A stretch of 64,000 nucleotides of DNA from IMG/VR virus record IMGVR_UViG_3300025141_016157, positions 96,347 through 160,346 of that record; one strand, written 5' to 3'. The notes beneath the pieces were generated by a model that did not search any database, was not told the origin of the DNA, and worked only from the letters and a program-made list of their open reading frames with translations. Source of the DNA: a virus. Both the position numbers and the translations under genes were made by a program. This document shows positions 9,732-20,016 of this stretch, piece after piece (position 1 is the stretch's first letter; each line of letters begins with the position of its first letter).

Positions 9732-10639
9732 AAGTTAAAAAGCTATTTGAAGATCAGAATTATTTTTCAAAGATGATAGGTACTGTGTGTAACACATCAG
9801 AAGATCTTGATAACTTTACAAAAACCCTATCTCTTGCACTTCATAAAGAAGTAAGTGATCTTGTATCTGCTACTAACTATAGATCTCACACTGATGATAG
9901 TATGGTTCCAGATGCAGACAAGATACTTTTTGAATCAGTAGATGTAATTAGATATGCAGTAGCTATAATGAATGCGTGGAGCATAACTCCTGAAAAATTT
10001 CAAAAAGCATGGATACTAAAGGACAAGTATCTTTCACTTTCAAGAAAGATTGAAGGAAATACTTGGAAAGGGGAAAAAGTTGCAATTGTTGATATGGACG
10101 ATGTTCTTTGTGAGTTTAGAGTAGGATTTTCAAATTGGCTAAATAAAAACTACAGCGTTATAACTGATGTAGAATCAAAAGAGTATTATTTTATTAATGC
10201 TCTTGAAAAAGCAGGTATAAACCCAGAGGGAATATTTTTAAAATTTGTATCTGAAGATGGATTCTCATCTTTAAAGCCAGCATCCGGTGCAATAGATTTT
10301 ATTAAATCTCTTCAGGAGAAAGGTTATTTTATTCATATATTGACTGCAAGGCCAGGAGATAATCTAAGATGTCTTTATAATACACTTGACTGGCTTGACT
10401 CAAACAATGTCTGCTTTGACAAGGTTAGCTTCTCATCAGAAAAACTGAGATGGTGCATGCAATCAGAATACTGGTCATCAGGTGCAATAGAGTTTGCAAT
10501 AGATGATTCACCTAAACATGCAGCAGAATATGCAAAACATGATATAAGAGTTCTTTTGCCAAGAAAGACTTATAATACAGAGGTTCAAAGTCTTTCAAAT
10601 GTAATTGTCTATGATTCTTTCCTAGATATTGATATTTAA
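9728..10639 (+). CDS. Fusion: degenerate all-alpha NTP pyrophosphatase + HAD 5'(3')-deoxyribonucleotidase-like domain
   Basis: N-half KEVSDL..FESVDVIRY; C-half IVDMDDVL (HAD motif I), LTARP, K, IDDSP. Confidence 0.7.
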   Translation: MKVKKLFEDQNYFSKMIGTVCNTSEDLDNFTKTLSLALHKEVSDLVSATNYRSHTDDSMVPDADKILFESVDVIRYAVAIMNAWSITPEKFQKAWILKDKYLSLSRKIEGNTWKGEKVAIVDMDDVLCEFRVGFSNWLNKNYSVITDVESKEYYFINALEKAGINPEGIFLKFVSEDGFSSLKPASGAIDFIKSLQEKGYFIHILTARPGDNLRCLYNTLDWLDSNNVCFDKVSFSSEKLRWCMQSEYWSSGAIEFAIDDSPKHAAEYAKHDIRVLLPRKTYNTEVQSLSNVIVYDSFLDIDI

Positions 10640-10674
10640 TTTATCCAATGATTAAGAATTTTCTGCAGCAGTTG

Positions 10675-10682
10675 AATAATTA
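10675..10682 (+). promoter_or_regulatory. AATANTTA motif (putative late promoter)
   Basis: AATAATTA upstream of tagged gene 10739. Confidence 0.5.
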
Positions 10683-10738
10683 AACATGTTAACTGCTATA
10701 ATTGTAGAAATAAATTTATTAACGAAATAGAGGAAAAG

Positions 10739-11671
10739 ATGAAGCTAACTCAAAAATCTTTAAAGAAAATTATTCTTAGCGAGCTTAGAAGGTCCATATC
10801 AGAACAAGCACGAGATGCGGGTGACGTCCCCGGGGGCCAGGCACCAGCACGAGGCACCCAAGCCTATGCTGACAGCCAGAGAGAAATATGGGGTGTCTCT
10901 GATGAAGATCTCGAAAGAGAGCGCATCCAGAAACAGGCAGACGAGCGAGGAATATCTTTTGAAGAAATGGAGGCTATTCTTGCTCATATGGATTCCCCAG
11001 AGTACCGCAGAGAACAATACCTAAGACAGCAAGAACAGGCACGTGCCCATGCACGGGATGAAGGAAACTGGCCTGAGCCAAGGACTGGCAATATGTATGA
11101 AATCATTGGTGATCCACACAGCGTTGATATTCAAAACGGATTGAAGTGGTTGTGGCTTGGTGCAGTCCGGGACTCTAAGGTTTTGGAAGGTGTTGCTAAA
11201 CAGTTCACCCCTAGAGTTCCAGCTGAGGGTGAGTACTTGGCAGGTTTTTCTTCTCCGATGTGGGCATTGGTTGATCACAGGGACGAAAATGGTGTATATA
11301 CACAGCTTGTCACTCAGCCCGTGGGTGAGAGGCGAAGAGGCGCAGAGATATGCAGAATCACCGTCGAATACATTATGAAAGTATCGGGCGATCAAGTAGA
11401 TTGTGAAATGGCATGGAACAGTGATATGGTTAGACCAGGTAGCCAGCTTGCGCGAATGATGGACGCAGCAGTTCAGGCAGTAAATGGTTCATCAGCTTCT
11501 TTCCCTGCATCGCTAAAATTCTTTCCTGATGGACGAACTGAGGGAGCAAACGCAGAAGTTCCAGCCTCAGAAGACGAAGTACCGGTTGCAATTCTTGAAT
11601 TCACAGGAGGCGAGGTTGTGGCGCTGGTCAACATGGACTTCGGTTTTCGCGTTAGCCCATATGCTCGATAA
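10739..11671 (+). CDS. Hypothetical protein with N-terminal tag (putative virion internal protein)
   Basis: Starts MKLTQKSLKKIILSELRRSISE; GAGG SD; visibly more GC-rich than flanks. Confidence 0.7.
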   Translation: MKLTQKSLKKIILSELRRSISEQARDAGDVPGGQAPARGTQAYADSQREIWGVSDEDLERERIQKQADERGISFEEMEAILAHMDSPEYRREQYLRQQEQARAHARDEGNWPEPRTGNMYEIIGDPHSVDIQNGLKWLWLGAVRDSKVLEGVAKQFTPRVPAEGEYLAGFSSPMWALVDHRDENGVYTQLVTQPVGERRRGAEICRITVEYIMKVSGDQVDCEMAWNSDMVRPGSQLARMMDAAVQAVNGSSASFPASLKFFPDGRTEGANAEVPASEDEVPVAILEFTGGEVVALVNMDFGFRVSPYAR

Positions 11672-11729
11672 TAGACTGACAAATTATGAACACTTCGCAT
11701 TGTTTTTTTCATAGTTGAGTTTTTTTATA

Positions 11730-11758
11730 TTGTAAACTTTAATTTCTTGCTGTATTGT
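11730..11758 (+). promoter_or_regulatory. Class I promoter TTGTAA-N17-TATTGT
   Basis: TTGTAA 11730-11735, TATTGT 11753-11758. Confidence 0.5.
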
Positions 11759-11783
11759 ATAAATGTAAAGCACAGGAGGAAAT

Positions 11784-12212
11784 ATGTTTCGTTTTACCCT
11801 ACTCACGCCCCTACTTTTTTCACTCTCAGCATACGGAGATATTCCACCAGATAATATTCGCATTGAATCTACTCTGGTTGGAAATGCTCCTATAGAGATT
11901 CCTGAGAGTGATTGCTCTTCTCCCATTTCAAACTCTATTGTTAAGTTTTTAGATACGGGATCAATGTGCATTGAAGGTGTTCGTGCCCATATTGATGGAA
12001 GAGGTTGTAATACAATTTTCTGGGAAAGGGGTTCTGATAATGAATATATCTTCTTTTGCAAGACAAGAGATACATGTGATATTACTCATGTAGGAAGATT
12101 TATTGCATACCCGACTTCACTTCCCGCACCTGAGATTTATTCTAGAAATCCTGCTATTTGCGAAGATTCAAATTATATTATTTTTCATGAACAAAATAAT
12201 GTTAGTGAATAA
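11784..12212 (+). CDS. Hypothetical secreted Cys-containing protein
   Basis: Signal-peptide-like N-terminus, six Cys, AGGAGG SD. Confidence 0.65.
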   Translation: MFRFTLLTPLLFSLSAYGDIPPDNIRIESTLVGNAPIEIPESDCSSPISNSIVKFLDTGSMCIEGVRAHIDGRGCNTIFWERGSDNEYIFFCKTRDTCDITHVGRFIAYPTSLPAPEIYSRNPAICEDSNYIIFHEQNNVSE

Positions 12213-12242
12213 AATTAACTAGCGTTAAATATAGGAATACAG

Positions 12243-13229
12243 ATGCCAAAAAATAAAAACTTAGAACCAGTTACTTTTCCAATGAAGATTAGATTTGACG
12301 AGGATCCGAGCACTGAGTTTAAGAATGATCTTGAATCAATTAATATTTCACTACTAGACCATCCCGACCCGCTTAGGGCAAGAAGGATGGTGTACCAATT
12401 TATTAATGCAACATGGGAAGATGAGCCCGGTCTTCACAATCCAGACGATGTAGATGACTGGAAGCTTTTTCAAGCACTAGAAGCTGCGCTTCAGTTCAAA
12501 GCTTTGCCTACAGTCTTGGAGACGCTTGATTTTACATTTAGAATTGAAGGAATCGATGTCCAGACAGTTACACATTTAATTCGGCATAGAACAGGATCTT
12601 TCTCTGCTCAGTGTACAGGAGACAGGTGGCAATCTCATGCAAATGCATTAGTTCCCGGTCCCATTCAGAATAGTCCTGAGATTTATGAAAGATGGAAAAG
12701 TCTAGTTGTTGAGTCAAAGAAGCTTTATTGTGACATGATTGATACAAGGAAGATTTCGATTATGGATGCACGAACAATTCTTCCAAAGTGTCTCGAGACA
12801 CATTATTACGCACGCTTTAATATGAAAGATCTTCTAAACTTTATTAGACAAAGAATGGATAAGCAAATTCAGCCAACAACTGACAATATTATTGCATATC
12901 AGATGTACTTAGCCGTTGCAAGAATATTTCCAGAAGTTACAACAGTCGTGAATATGCACTCACCTTCGAGACATTATGTTGCTACTGCAAGAACCGGAAA
13001 GGCAACAAATCTTTATTTTCCAGATAAAGATTCTGATTCGTTTGACTGGCACCCTAATGACTTTATCTACTCAGCATATCGCGATGAAGTAAATGGTACA
13101 GACCCAGATCTCGGCGGAAGAGAAAACTTTAAATTTTCAGAATTGGCATCAATGTACGATAGACAGGTCAATGACCTTGTAGAAAAGTACAATGAGTGGA
13201 AAGAAACTGTCGGATTTGAATCACCATAG
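12243..13229 (+). CDS. thyX: Flavin-dependent thymidylate synthase (ThyX)-like protein, divergent motif
   Basis: LETLDFTFRIEGI, HLIRHRTGSFS, DARTILP, LNFIRQR. Confidence 0.7.
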   Translation: MPKNKNLEPVTFPMKIRFDEDPSTEFKNDLESINISLLDHPDPLRARRMVYQFINATWEDEPGLHNPDDVDDWKLFQALEAALQFKALPTVLETLDFTFRIEGIDVQTVTHLIRHRTGSFSAQCTGDRWQSHANALVPGPIQNSPEIYERWKSLVVESKKLYCDMIDTRKISIMDARTILPKCLETHYYARFNMKDLLNFIRQRMDKQIQPTTDNIIAYQMYLAVARIFPEVTTVVNMHSPSRHYVATARTGKATNLYFPDKDSDSFDWHPNDFIYSAYRDEVNGTDPDLGGRENFKFSELASMYDRQVNDLVEKYNEWKETVGFESP

Positions 13230-13237
13230 GCGAAAAA

Positions 13238-13654
13238 ATGTCTTTTTCAGATTCATTTAGCATGATTGAATCATGGCTTTTTGAAAAGGATTATGAAGTC
13301 TTGTACGAGACTGATGGTCAAGATGCTGTTTATTTTGGCTGTAAGCAAATTATTCTTAACAGTAGAAACCATATTGAAAAGAGACTATATATACTTTTGC
13401 ACGAATGTGGTCACATACTAATAAATAGCAACTCTTTCGACAGGGTATTTTCCCTTAGCAGCGAAACAGAAGCTATAATGGGCGGTAGAAAAGTTTCTAG
13501 AAAAAGAAGAGTTGCAAAGCTAACAGAGGAAATTGAAGCCTGGAAACGAGGTGAGAATCTTGCAAGAAGGCTTGGGATAGAAATAAATGAAGAAAAGTTT
13601 GATAGAATACGTGCGAATGCTATTATGAGCTATATCGAATGGGCAAGAGATTAG
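13238..13654 (+). CDS. Small HEXXH zincin-like metallopeptidase
   Basis: LLHECGH plus downstream EEIEAW. Confidence 0.6.
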   Translation: MSFSDSFSMIESWLFEKDYEVLYETDGQDAVYFGCKQIILNSRNHIEKRLYILLHECGHILINSNSFDRVFSLSSETEAIMGGRKVSRKRRVAKLTEEIEAWKRGENLARRLGIEINEEKFDRIRANAIMSYIEWARD

Positions 13655-14463
13655 CTCACTGAATGTTTAATATTTGTGTAGAGCTTAGTTAGAAATTTCT
13701 CTAGAGATTTTCTATCATTCTTTAATGTTTCTTTATATCTGGAAACTATTCCAGCAAGATCAGAGTCTTGCCTTTTGATAAGTGAAAGCGCTTCTTCTTG
13801 CGTGTATTTATCTAAAAGCTGCTCAGATGCTTCATATGCAAATGCATCAATTTCATTATGAAGGCTAAGGTAGTCTTCCTGCGTTCCGCCTTTTGACAAC
13901 TGCTTGGGATCGTTCTGTAGTTCTTCCCATGCCTCTTCTTCACTAATCCCTTTGCTTTCTGCCTGTTTCTTAAGTTGATTATAGTGAACTAGTTCATGGT
14001 TGATAGTTCGTGATATTATCTTTGATAGCTCTGTAGAGTCTAAGTCATCCATATCATACTCATCAGAGTAGGGTCTAAACTCAAGCCATATAATGTGTTT
14101 CCCATTTTCAGGACCTCTGTATTGACCTCTCATCATCCAGTTGCTAGGATATCCTCCATATTCATCTCCCGGTCCTAAAGTATATAGCTCATTATCTGTA
14201 ACACTGAGGAAAAAATATAGATCTGTACCAAGATCACTAGCAGATGTATTTAGTGCATCCATAAGAGTTTCAATTGCAGGAGTTGACCAGGTCGACTCAT
14301 CAACAAGATCTACATCATTTTCATTGTGAGCCATTTCCCAAAACTTAGAATCGACAATTCCTTGAAAAATAGCTGATGTCAATTCTTTATCAGGTGCTGT
14401 TGATTCACACAGCAAGATCTCTTCCTTGATGATCTGTCTTAATTGCCTGCGTGTGATTTTCAT
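13651..14463 (-). CDS. HEXXH metallopeptidase-like protein with N-terminal tag
   Basis: Starts MKITRRQLRQIIKEEILLCE; INHELVHYNQ and NEIDAFAYE. Confidence 0.7.
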   Translation of the reverse strand: MKITRRQLRQIIKEEILLCESTAPDKELTSAIFQGIVDSKFWEMAHNENDVDLVDESTWSTPAIETLMDALNTSASDLGTDLYFFLSVTDNELYTLGPGDEYGGYPSNWMMRGQYRGPENGKHIIWLEFRPYSDEYDMDDLDSTELSKIISRTINHELVHYNQLKKQAESKGISEEEAWEELQNDPKQLSKGGTQEDYLSLHNEIDAFAYEASEQLLDKYTQEEALSLIKRQDSDLAGIVSRYKETLKNDRKSLEKFLTKLYTNIKHSVS

Positions 14464-14483
14464 GTTTAAACCCTGTTAGATAA

Positions 14484-14491
14484 TAATTATT
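14484..14491 (-). promoter_or_regulatory. AATANTTA motif (putative late promoter), minus strand
   Basis: Reverse complement AATAATTA 20 nt upstream of the minus-strand tagged gene. Confidence 0.5.
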
Positions 14492-14569
14492 TCACTTTTT
14501 CTAATTTATTTTAAAAACTACTTGCGACAAAGTTATAATCATCTATACTATAAACAAGGAGAAATAGTA

Positions 14570-15010
14570 ATGAAAGCGTATCTTGCAAGTTCATGGTTTA
14601 ACCCTGTTGCAAATCAAGAGGTTGATGATATTATCTCATCACTTGAGAACAATAACTTTGAGGTATTTTCACCTCGTGATTTTTTTGTTTGTCCGCCAAC
14701 TGCTGACCTGGCAACACAAAAGTCAACCTATGAGGGAAATCTTGAACATCTTCACAAGTGTGATTTTATGGTTTGTAATACTCATGGAAAAGATATGGGT
14801 TCAATTTTTGAAGCTGGATATTTTAAAGCACTTGAAAAGCCTATCGTTTATTTCTGCGCTGGGCTGCCCGCAGGGGCGGCATTCAACTTAATGTTGGCAC
14901 AGAGCGGAGTAAAAGTATGCACATCTATTGATGAGCTTAATGACTACATGGCACGCTGTAACTCAGAGGGTAAGCTTCTTTTCGAGCCATACTATGGAAA
15001 TATTGAGTAG
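14570..15010 (+). CDS. Nucleoside 2-deoxyribosyltransferase / nucleotide N-glycosidase family
   Basis: YLASSWF, VFSP, DMGSIFEAGY, FNLMLAQS; AAGGAG SD before ATG 14570. Confidence 0.8.
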   Translation: MKAYLASSWFNPVANQEVDDIISSLENNNFEVFSPRDFFVCPPTADLATQKSTYEGNLEHLHKCDFMVCNTHGKDMGSIFEAGYFKALEKPIVYFCAGLPAGAAFNLMLAQSGVKVCTSIDELNDYMARCNSEGKLLFEPYYGNIE

Positions 15011-15029
15011 AATTTAATAACATCGTTGC

Positions 15030-15058
15030 GTGTAAATTTGGCTAATTTATTTTATAAT
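15030..15058 (+). promoter_or_regulatory. Class I promoter GTGTAA-N17-TATAAT
   Basis: GTGTAA 15030-15035, TATAAT 15053-15058 before dnaE. Confidence 0.7.
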
Positions 15059-15074
15059 AAATTGAGGAATATAA

Positions 15075-18000
15075 ATGTCATCTATTATTAAACCCAAGAA
15101 GTTTGTCGGTCTACATGCACATTCTGGAACAGGTAGTCCGTATGACGGTCTTGGATATCCAAACCAGCATATTGACTTTGTCTTGTCAAATGAAATGAAT
15201 GCATGGGCACTGACTGATCACGGTAACGGTAACGGTCTTGCCCATGCACATGCTTATGCAAAGAAGCTAAAGAAGAAAGGTAGGGATTATCGACAGATTT
15301 ATGGTGTTGAGTTTTACTTTGTACCTTCATTGCTTGAATGGCGTGAATCTTACGAAGCACATCGTGAAGAAGTTCGTGCAGCAAGGTCTGAAAAGAAGTT
15401 AAAAGAGTCAACAGATATTAACTCTGAAGATGAGATTTCTGGAGGTCTTATAATTGAAAATGAAGATGAGACAAAAAATGATTTCGAGAAAAACGATTGG
15501 AAGAGGCGATATCACCTAGTTGTCATCGCAAAGAATCAAATTGGTCTACAGAATCTTTTCACTCTTGTCAAGAAGTCTTATACAGATGGTTTCTACAGAT
15601 TCCCTAGAATTGATTACAATCTTCTCAAGATGCACGGTGAGGGTCTTGTAGTAAGTACAGCATGCATTGGTGGCTATCCCTCATCTTTAATTGCTAGAGG
15701 GGAGGCAACAGGCAAGTCTGATAGTGATATTATTCTAGATTTAGAAAACATGTCTGATAGATTTATTGATGCCGTAGGCAGGAAAAACTTTAATCTAGAA
15801 GTTCAATTTAACTCTCTATCAATGCAACATAAAACCAATAAGCATCTTATTTCTCTACATGAGAAAACAGGTATACCGCTTGTCGCTACTGCTGATAGTC
15901 ACTACTATGGTAGAAATATGTGGGAAGCACGAGAATTGTATAGAAAACTCGGCCGCATGGGTGCAAGAGGAGATGCAATGCCGTCACTTCCAGCTTTTGA
16001 AGACTTGAAGTGTGAGCTCTATCCCAAGAATGCTGAACAAATGTGGGATGAGTATAAACAGCATGCTTCAAGCTATGATTTCTACAAGGGTAAAGATCAG
16101 CTAATAGCTGATGCAATTGAAAGATCTTACGATATTGCATGGGAACAATGCGAAGATGTCTGGTTTGATGAGGAGGCAAAGCTTCCAAGATTTGGTACAC
16201 CGACAGACTCAGCATTCAATCAGCTAGCACGAAGAGTTAAAGAGGCACTAGTTAAAGAAGACCTTCATAAAGATCAAGAATATGTTGATCGTGCAAAGAT
16301 GGAGCTAGATGATATCAAGTATCTTGGATTTGAAAACTATTTCCTAACTATGACAAAGGTTTTTGACCTAGCATCACAAAGCACTATTATCGGCCCAGGT
16401 CGCGGCTCTGGCGCTGGATCACTAGTTAACTACTTGCTAGGAATTACAACAACAGACCCGATTAAATATGGGCTTCTATGGGAGAGATTTCTTCACAGGG
16501 CAAAGGCAGGATGGCCAGACATTGATACAGATGCTGGTGATAGAGATGTCCTGATCAATGCTTCAAGAGAACTTTTCGGAGAAGAGTCTGTTGTTCCAGT
16601 TTCCAATTTTAATACACTTAAGCTTAAGTCCCTTGTTAAGGATGTTTCAAAGTTTTATGGTATTGACTTTGGCGAAGTTAACGCAATGACAAATACTTTA
16701 GAAAAAGATGTTATGCATAAAGCTATGGGTGATCATGAAGAAAGATCAACATATGTTCTTACACATGAAGATTGTATGAAGTACTCGCAGAAGTATTCTG
16801 ATTTTATGGATGAATACCCGAAGGTAAGTGAACATGTCCAGAATCTTTTTATGGAGTCTAGATCAATTGGTAGACATGCTGGGGGTGTTTTAATCTGCCC
16901 GAATCTCGAGAAGCATATGCCCGTTATTAAGGTAAGGGGCGAATTGCAAACACCATGGTCTGAAGGTATGAACTTTAGACATCTTGAAACAAACGGATTT
17001 CTTAAGTTTGATTTTCTCGGTCTAACAACACTTAAGATGGTCGAAGATTGTACAAGACTTATTCTTAGAAAGCAAGGCAATCTATCACCTACGTTTGCTG
17101 ATATTCAAAAGTTCTTTGATGAAAAGATGAATTGTAGATATAATGATCTTGATGATCAAAATGTATGGGAGCATGTTTACCATAAGGGTCGGTTTGTACA
17201 GGTATTCCAGTTTACCCAGCAAGGCGCAAGAAACTTTTGCACTTCTGCAAAGCCAAGTACTATTGAAGAATTAGCAACAATTACAGCAATCTATCGGCCA
17301 GGACCTCTTTCTGCTGGTGTTCATAGAAAGTACGTAAAAGCTAAGAAGTCAGTTGAGGATGGTAAACCTATTGAGTATGATCACCCTGTTATCGAAGAGA
17401 TTCTAAGCGAAACTTACGGCTTTATCTCGTTCCAAGAGCAGTTCATGCTCTTAGCACAGAAGCTAGCTAATTTTGACAAGGGTGCATCAGATAAGATGCG
17501 TAAGACACTAGTTAAGAAATCACTCGATTCAAATGCTGCAAAGGTTCAAGAAAGAATTGACCTTCACAAGAAGTTTGTCAACGGTGCAGTTGAGATATCT
17601 GGGATGGATAAGGACAAGGCTGAGAAGCTCTATGAGACAATTGAATTCTTCTCTGGGTATGGCTTCAATAAGTCGCATGCAGTGTCCTACGCCATTGATT
17701 CCTATTACTCTGCATGGCTTCACACATACTATGAAAAAGAATGGCTTGCAACATGCTTGCAAACACAAAATGGCTCTAGTAAGTTTGGAAAGGTCATCTC
17801 TGAGATTAAATCACTAGGATATACAATTTTACCGCCTGACATCAACGCCTCTTCTGATGTCTGGGTTTACAGTGATGAGAGGGGAGGCTTTGTCCCACCT
17901 CTAACAGCAATCAAGGGTGTTGGCGACGCTGCCGTTGCAGAGATTATGGAAAGGAGACCATTCTCCAGTCTTGATGAGATGATGTTTACTGAGGATGGCA

Positions 18001-18632
18001 AGTGGCGACCATCAAAGATGAACAAGACATGTTTTAGCTCACTTTCTTTGGTCGAGGCTTTTGGAAGCCTAGATGAGTTCAAAACTGGAAAGGTACTAAA
18101 TCACAGACAACTTTACACTGTTATCATTGACAACTATGACCTCCTTAAGAAGGGCAGACATGGAATGACAAAGACTGCTGTTAAGAAATTGTTAAAGGAA
18201 CAGGACTACATTCCAAACTTTATCGATATCAAGCTTAACGAGGTTGATGGAATGCCTGACTGGAATCGTGCAGAGAAGATTGGAAACAGTGTTGAATTAA
18301 TGGCAAGTGCAGATGAGACTCTTGTATTCCCGCCAAGAATTATGGCAAAGATTGAAAAGGCAGATGTTCGCCCAGTCACTGCACTCTCGGGAAAAGAAAG
18401 AGATATTGTCTGGTTCTGTATTCAAACAATGGAAGAGAGAACAACAAAGAACAACAAGAAGTTCTATCGGATGAAGGTCATGGATAATAACTCTGAGAGC
18501 TGCTGGCTCCGTGTCTGGGGTAGGTTTGATGATCCCCCTGACCTATATACCATGTGGCTGGCTGAAGTAGCTTCTACAGAGTCCTGGGGTTGTTCTACAT
18601 CATCATATAAGATGAAGAAGCTAGAGGTTTAG
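15075..18632 (+). CDS. dnaE: DNA polymerase III alpha subunit (family C) with PHP domain
   Basis: LHAHS, ALTDHG, ADSHY (PHP); GPGRGSGAGSLV, PDIDTD, GRHAGG, KFDFLGL, FQEQ, GYGFNKSHAVSY. Confidence 0.95.
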   Translation: MSSIIKPKKFVGLHAHSGTGSPYDGLGYPNQHIDFVLSNEMNAWALTDHGNGNGLAHAHAYAKKLKKKGRDYRQIYGVEFYFVPSLLEWRESYEAHREEVRAARSEKKLKESTDINSEDEISGGLIIENEDETKNDFEKNDWKRRYHLVVIAKNQIGLQNLFTLVKKSYTDGFYRFPRIDYNLLKMHGEGLVVSTACIGGYPSSLIARGEATGKSDSDIILDLENMSDRFIDAVGRKNFNLEVQFNSLSMQHKTNKHLISLHEKTGIPLVATADSHYYGRNMWEARELYRKLGRMGARGDAMPSLPAFEDLKCELYPKNAEQMWDEYKQHASSYDFYKGKDQLIADAIERSYDIAWEQCEDVWFDEEAKLPRFGTPTDSAFNQLARRVKEALVKEDLHKDQEYVDRAKMELDDIKYLGFENYFLTMTKVFDLASQSTIIGPGRGSGAGSLVNYLLGITTTDPIKYGLLWERFLHRAKAGWPDIDTDAGDRDVLINASRELFGEESVVPVSNFNTLKLKSLVKDVSKFYGIDFGEVNAMTNTLEKDVMHKAMGDHEERSTYVLTHEDCMKYSQKYSDFMDEYPKVSEHVQNLFMESRSIGRHAGGVLICPNLEKHMPVIKVRGELQTPWSEGMNFRHLETNGFLKFDFLGLTTLKMVEDCTRLILRKQGNLSPTFADIQKFFDEKMNCRYNDLDDQNVWEHVYHKGRFVQVFQFTQQGARNFCTSAKPSTIEELATITAIYRPGPLSAGVHRKYVKAKKSVEDGKPIEYDHPVIEEILSETYGFISFQEQFMLLAQKLANFDKGASDKMRKTLVKKSLDSNAAKVQERIDLHKKFVNGAVEISGMDKDKAEKLYETIEFFSGYGFNKSHAVSYAIDSYYSAWLHTYYEKEWLATCLQTQNGSSKFGKVISEIKSLGYTILPPDINASSDVWVYSDERGGFVPPLTAIKGVGDAAVAEIMERRPFSSLDEMMFTEDGKWRPSKMNKTCFSSLSLVEAFGSLDEFKTGKVLNHRQLYTVIIDNYDLLKKGRHGMTKTAVKKLLKEQDYIPNFIDIKLNEVDGMPDWNRAEKIGNSVELMASADETLVFPPRIMAKIEKADVRPVTALSGKERDIVWFCIQTMEERTTKNNKKFYRMKVMDNNSESCWLRVWGRFDDPPDLYTMWLAEVASTESWGCSTSSYKMKKLEV

Positions 18633-18663
18633 CCAGATATATATTATCTGAGTGTGACACAGC

Positions 18664-19995
18664 ATGAAGATAACAGAGTCAAGAATCAGAAGAATTATAA
18701 GAGAAGAGCTTCTTCAGGAATCTAGTGACTTTAGATTTGACATTAACAAAAGTGTATATGTACTTCCTGATGCGCAGGTAGAGATTGAAAAAGCGGGGGA
18801 TGGCTGGCTATTAAAGATCAGGAATTTACAAGCAGGACAATTTGGTTCAGTTCCTTTGAACATCTACGGACCATCCTACATGCTTGATTCGCTTGTACCA
18901 CACGGAGCAGAGCCGGGCGATAAGCATCATAGGTTCTTGCAATCTGTAGGCTTTCCATTTGATGATCATCCTCCCTACGAAACCTGGGAGAATGAATTTC
19001 CCGGGGGCGCCAGAAGATTTATCACTGATGGTGACTACCTTGATCAGTACCTTGAAAGATTTCACAAAGATGAGGAATTTACTAGTGAGTTCAGGCTAAG
19101 CTACTTTGGCTACGCTCAGGATGTCTTACAGGGAATTCGCTTAACGCTTGATAGAATTGACAGCTATATACATAGCAATAGGGTTCAAAATATCATAGCT
19201 AGGGATCATGATGATTTTAAAGATAAGCTTGCAAAATTTTTCTCAATAAGTGAAATAAACATTGTTGATAAGACAGCACGAGATACGGCTGGTTTCTATA
19301 TGCCATCTGAACACAGTATCACAATTGCAGTTGCAAGAAACCCGCGTAAGGTGACAAGGGAAACAACCTATCATGAATTTCTTCATCACTGGCAAGAAAT
19401 TTTTGATGAACCTGAAAATTTTGATTGGAAGTTTCGTCCACTTGAACGTGAAGATGAGACAGGCTTAGGGCAAGAAGATGAAACATATGAAGCTCTTTAT
19501 TCACAACTAATGGCTGCCTCAAATATTCCAGTAAGAAGGTGGCTTAGGAACCTCGGAGCAAGCTATCTTAATCTTCCTACTAATTTTGACAGATATACTG
19601 TTAGAGAGTCAATGAGAAAAGCTGAAAGCTTTGAGATGTCATTAAGCGCTGATGATAAGGGGGAGTGGAGTGGTTTTGATTCAGTCTTTAAGGCATTTTA
19701 CCAGTTTCAGGAAAACCACTTTACAATGTCCCTAAGACGACTCTTTATGATCTTAAATAACTTAGGATATGATTTAGATTTAACTAGTGATAATAGCATT
19801 GAAAGATTTAAAGAGGGATTAAATTTATTTTTAAGATTTGGATTTCCACACAGCGTATATCTTAAAAACAGGGATTTGATTGCGTTACCTTTGTTTCTTA
19901 AGCCTACACCAAAGAATATAAATTTAATCACAAGAATAGGTGATACTCTTGCTTCTAATGAAATACATTCTGACAGTGGTACTGAAACTGTATAA
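18664..19995 (+). CDS. HEXXH metallopeptidase-like protein with N-terminal tag
   Basis: Starts MKITESRIRRIIREELLQE; AGFY..ITIA..TYHEFLHHWQ. Confidence 0.7.
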   Translation: MKITESRIRRIIREELLQESSDFRFDINKSVYVLPDAQVEIEKAGDGWLLKIRNLQAGQFGSVPLNIYGPSYMLDSLVPHGAEPGDKHHRFLQSVGFPFDDHPPYETWENEFPGGARRFITDGDYLDQYLERFHKDEEFTSEFRLSYFGYAQDVLQGIRLTLDRIDSYIHSNRVQNIIARDHDDFKDKLAKFFSISEINIVDKTARDTAGFYMPSEHSITIAVARNPRKVTRETTYHEFLHHWQEIFDEPENFDWKFRPLEREDETGLGQEDETYEALYSQLMAASNIPVRRWLRNLGASYLNLPTNFDRYTVRESMRKAESFEMSLSADDKGEWSGFDSVFKAFYQFQENHFTMSLRRLFMILNNLGYDLDLTSDNSIERFKEGLNLFLRFGFPHSVYLKNRDLIALPLFLKPTPKNINLITRIGDTLASNEIHSDSGTETV

Positions 19996-20008
19996 AACAA
20001 TTATTAAG

Positions 20009-20016
20009 AATAATTA
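20009..20016 (+). promoter_or_regulatory. AATANTTA motif (putative late promoter)
   Basis: AATAATTA 19 nt before ATG 20036. Confidence 0.5.

Noticed and set aside
871-18632. Inteins or introns in nrdJ or dnaE
   Set aside because: Both are uninterrupted and of normal length, with no visible intein splice or LAGLIDADG motifs.
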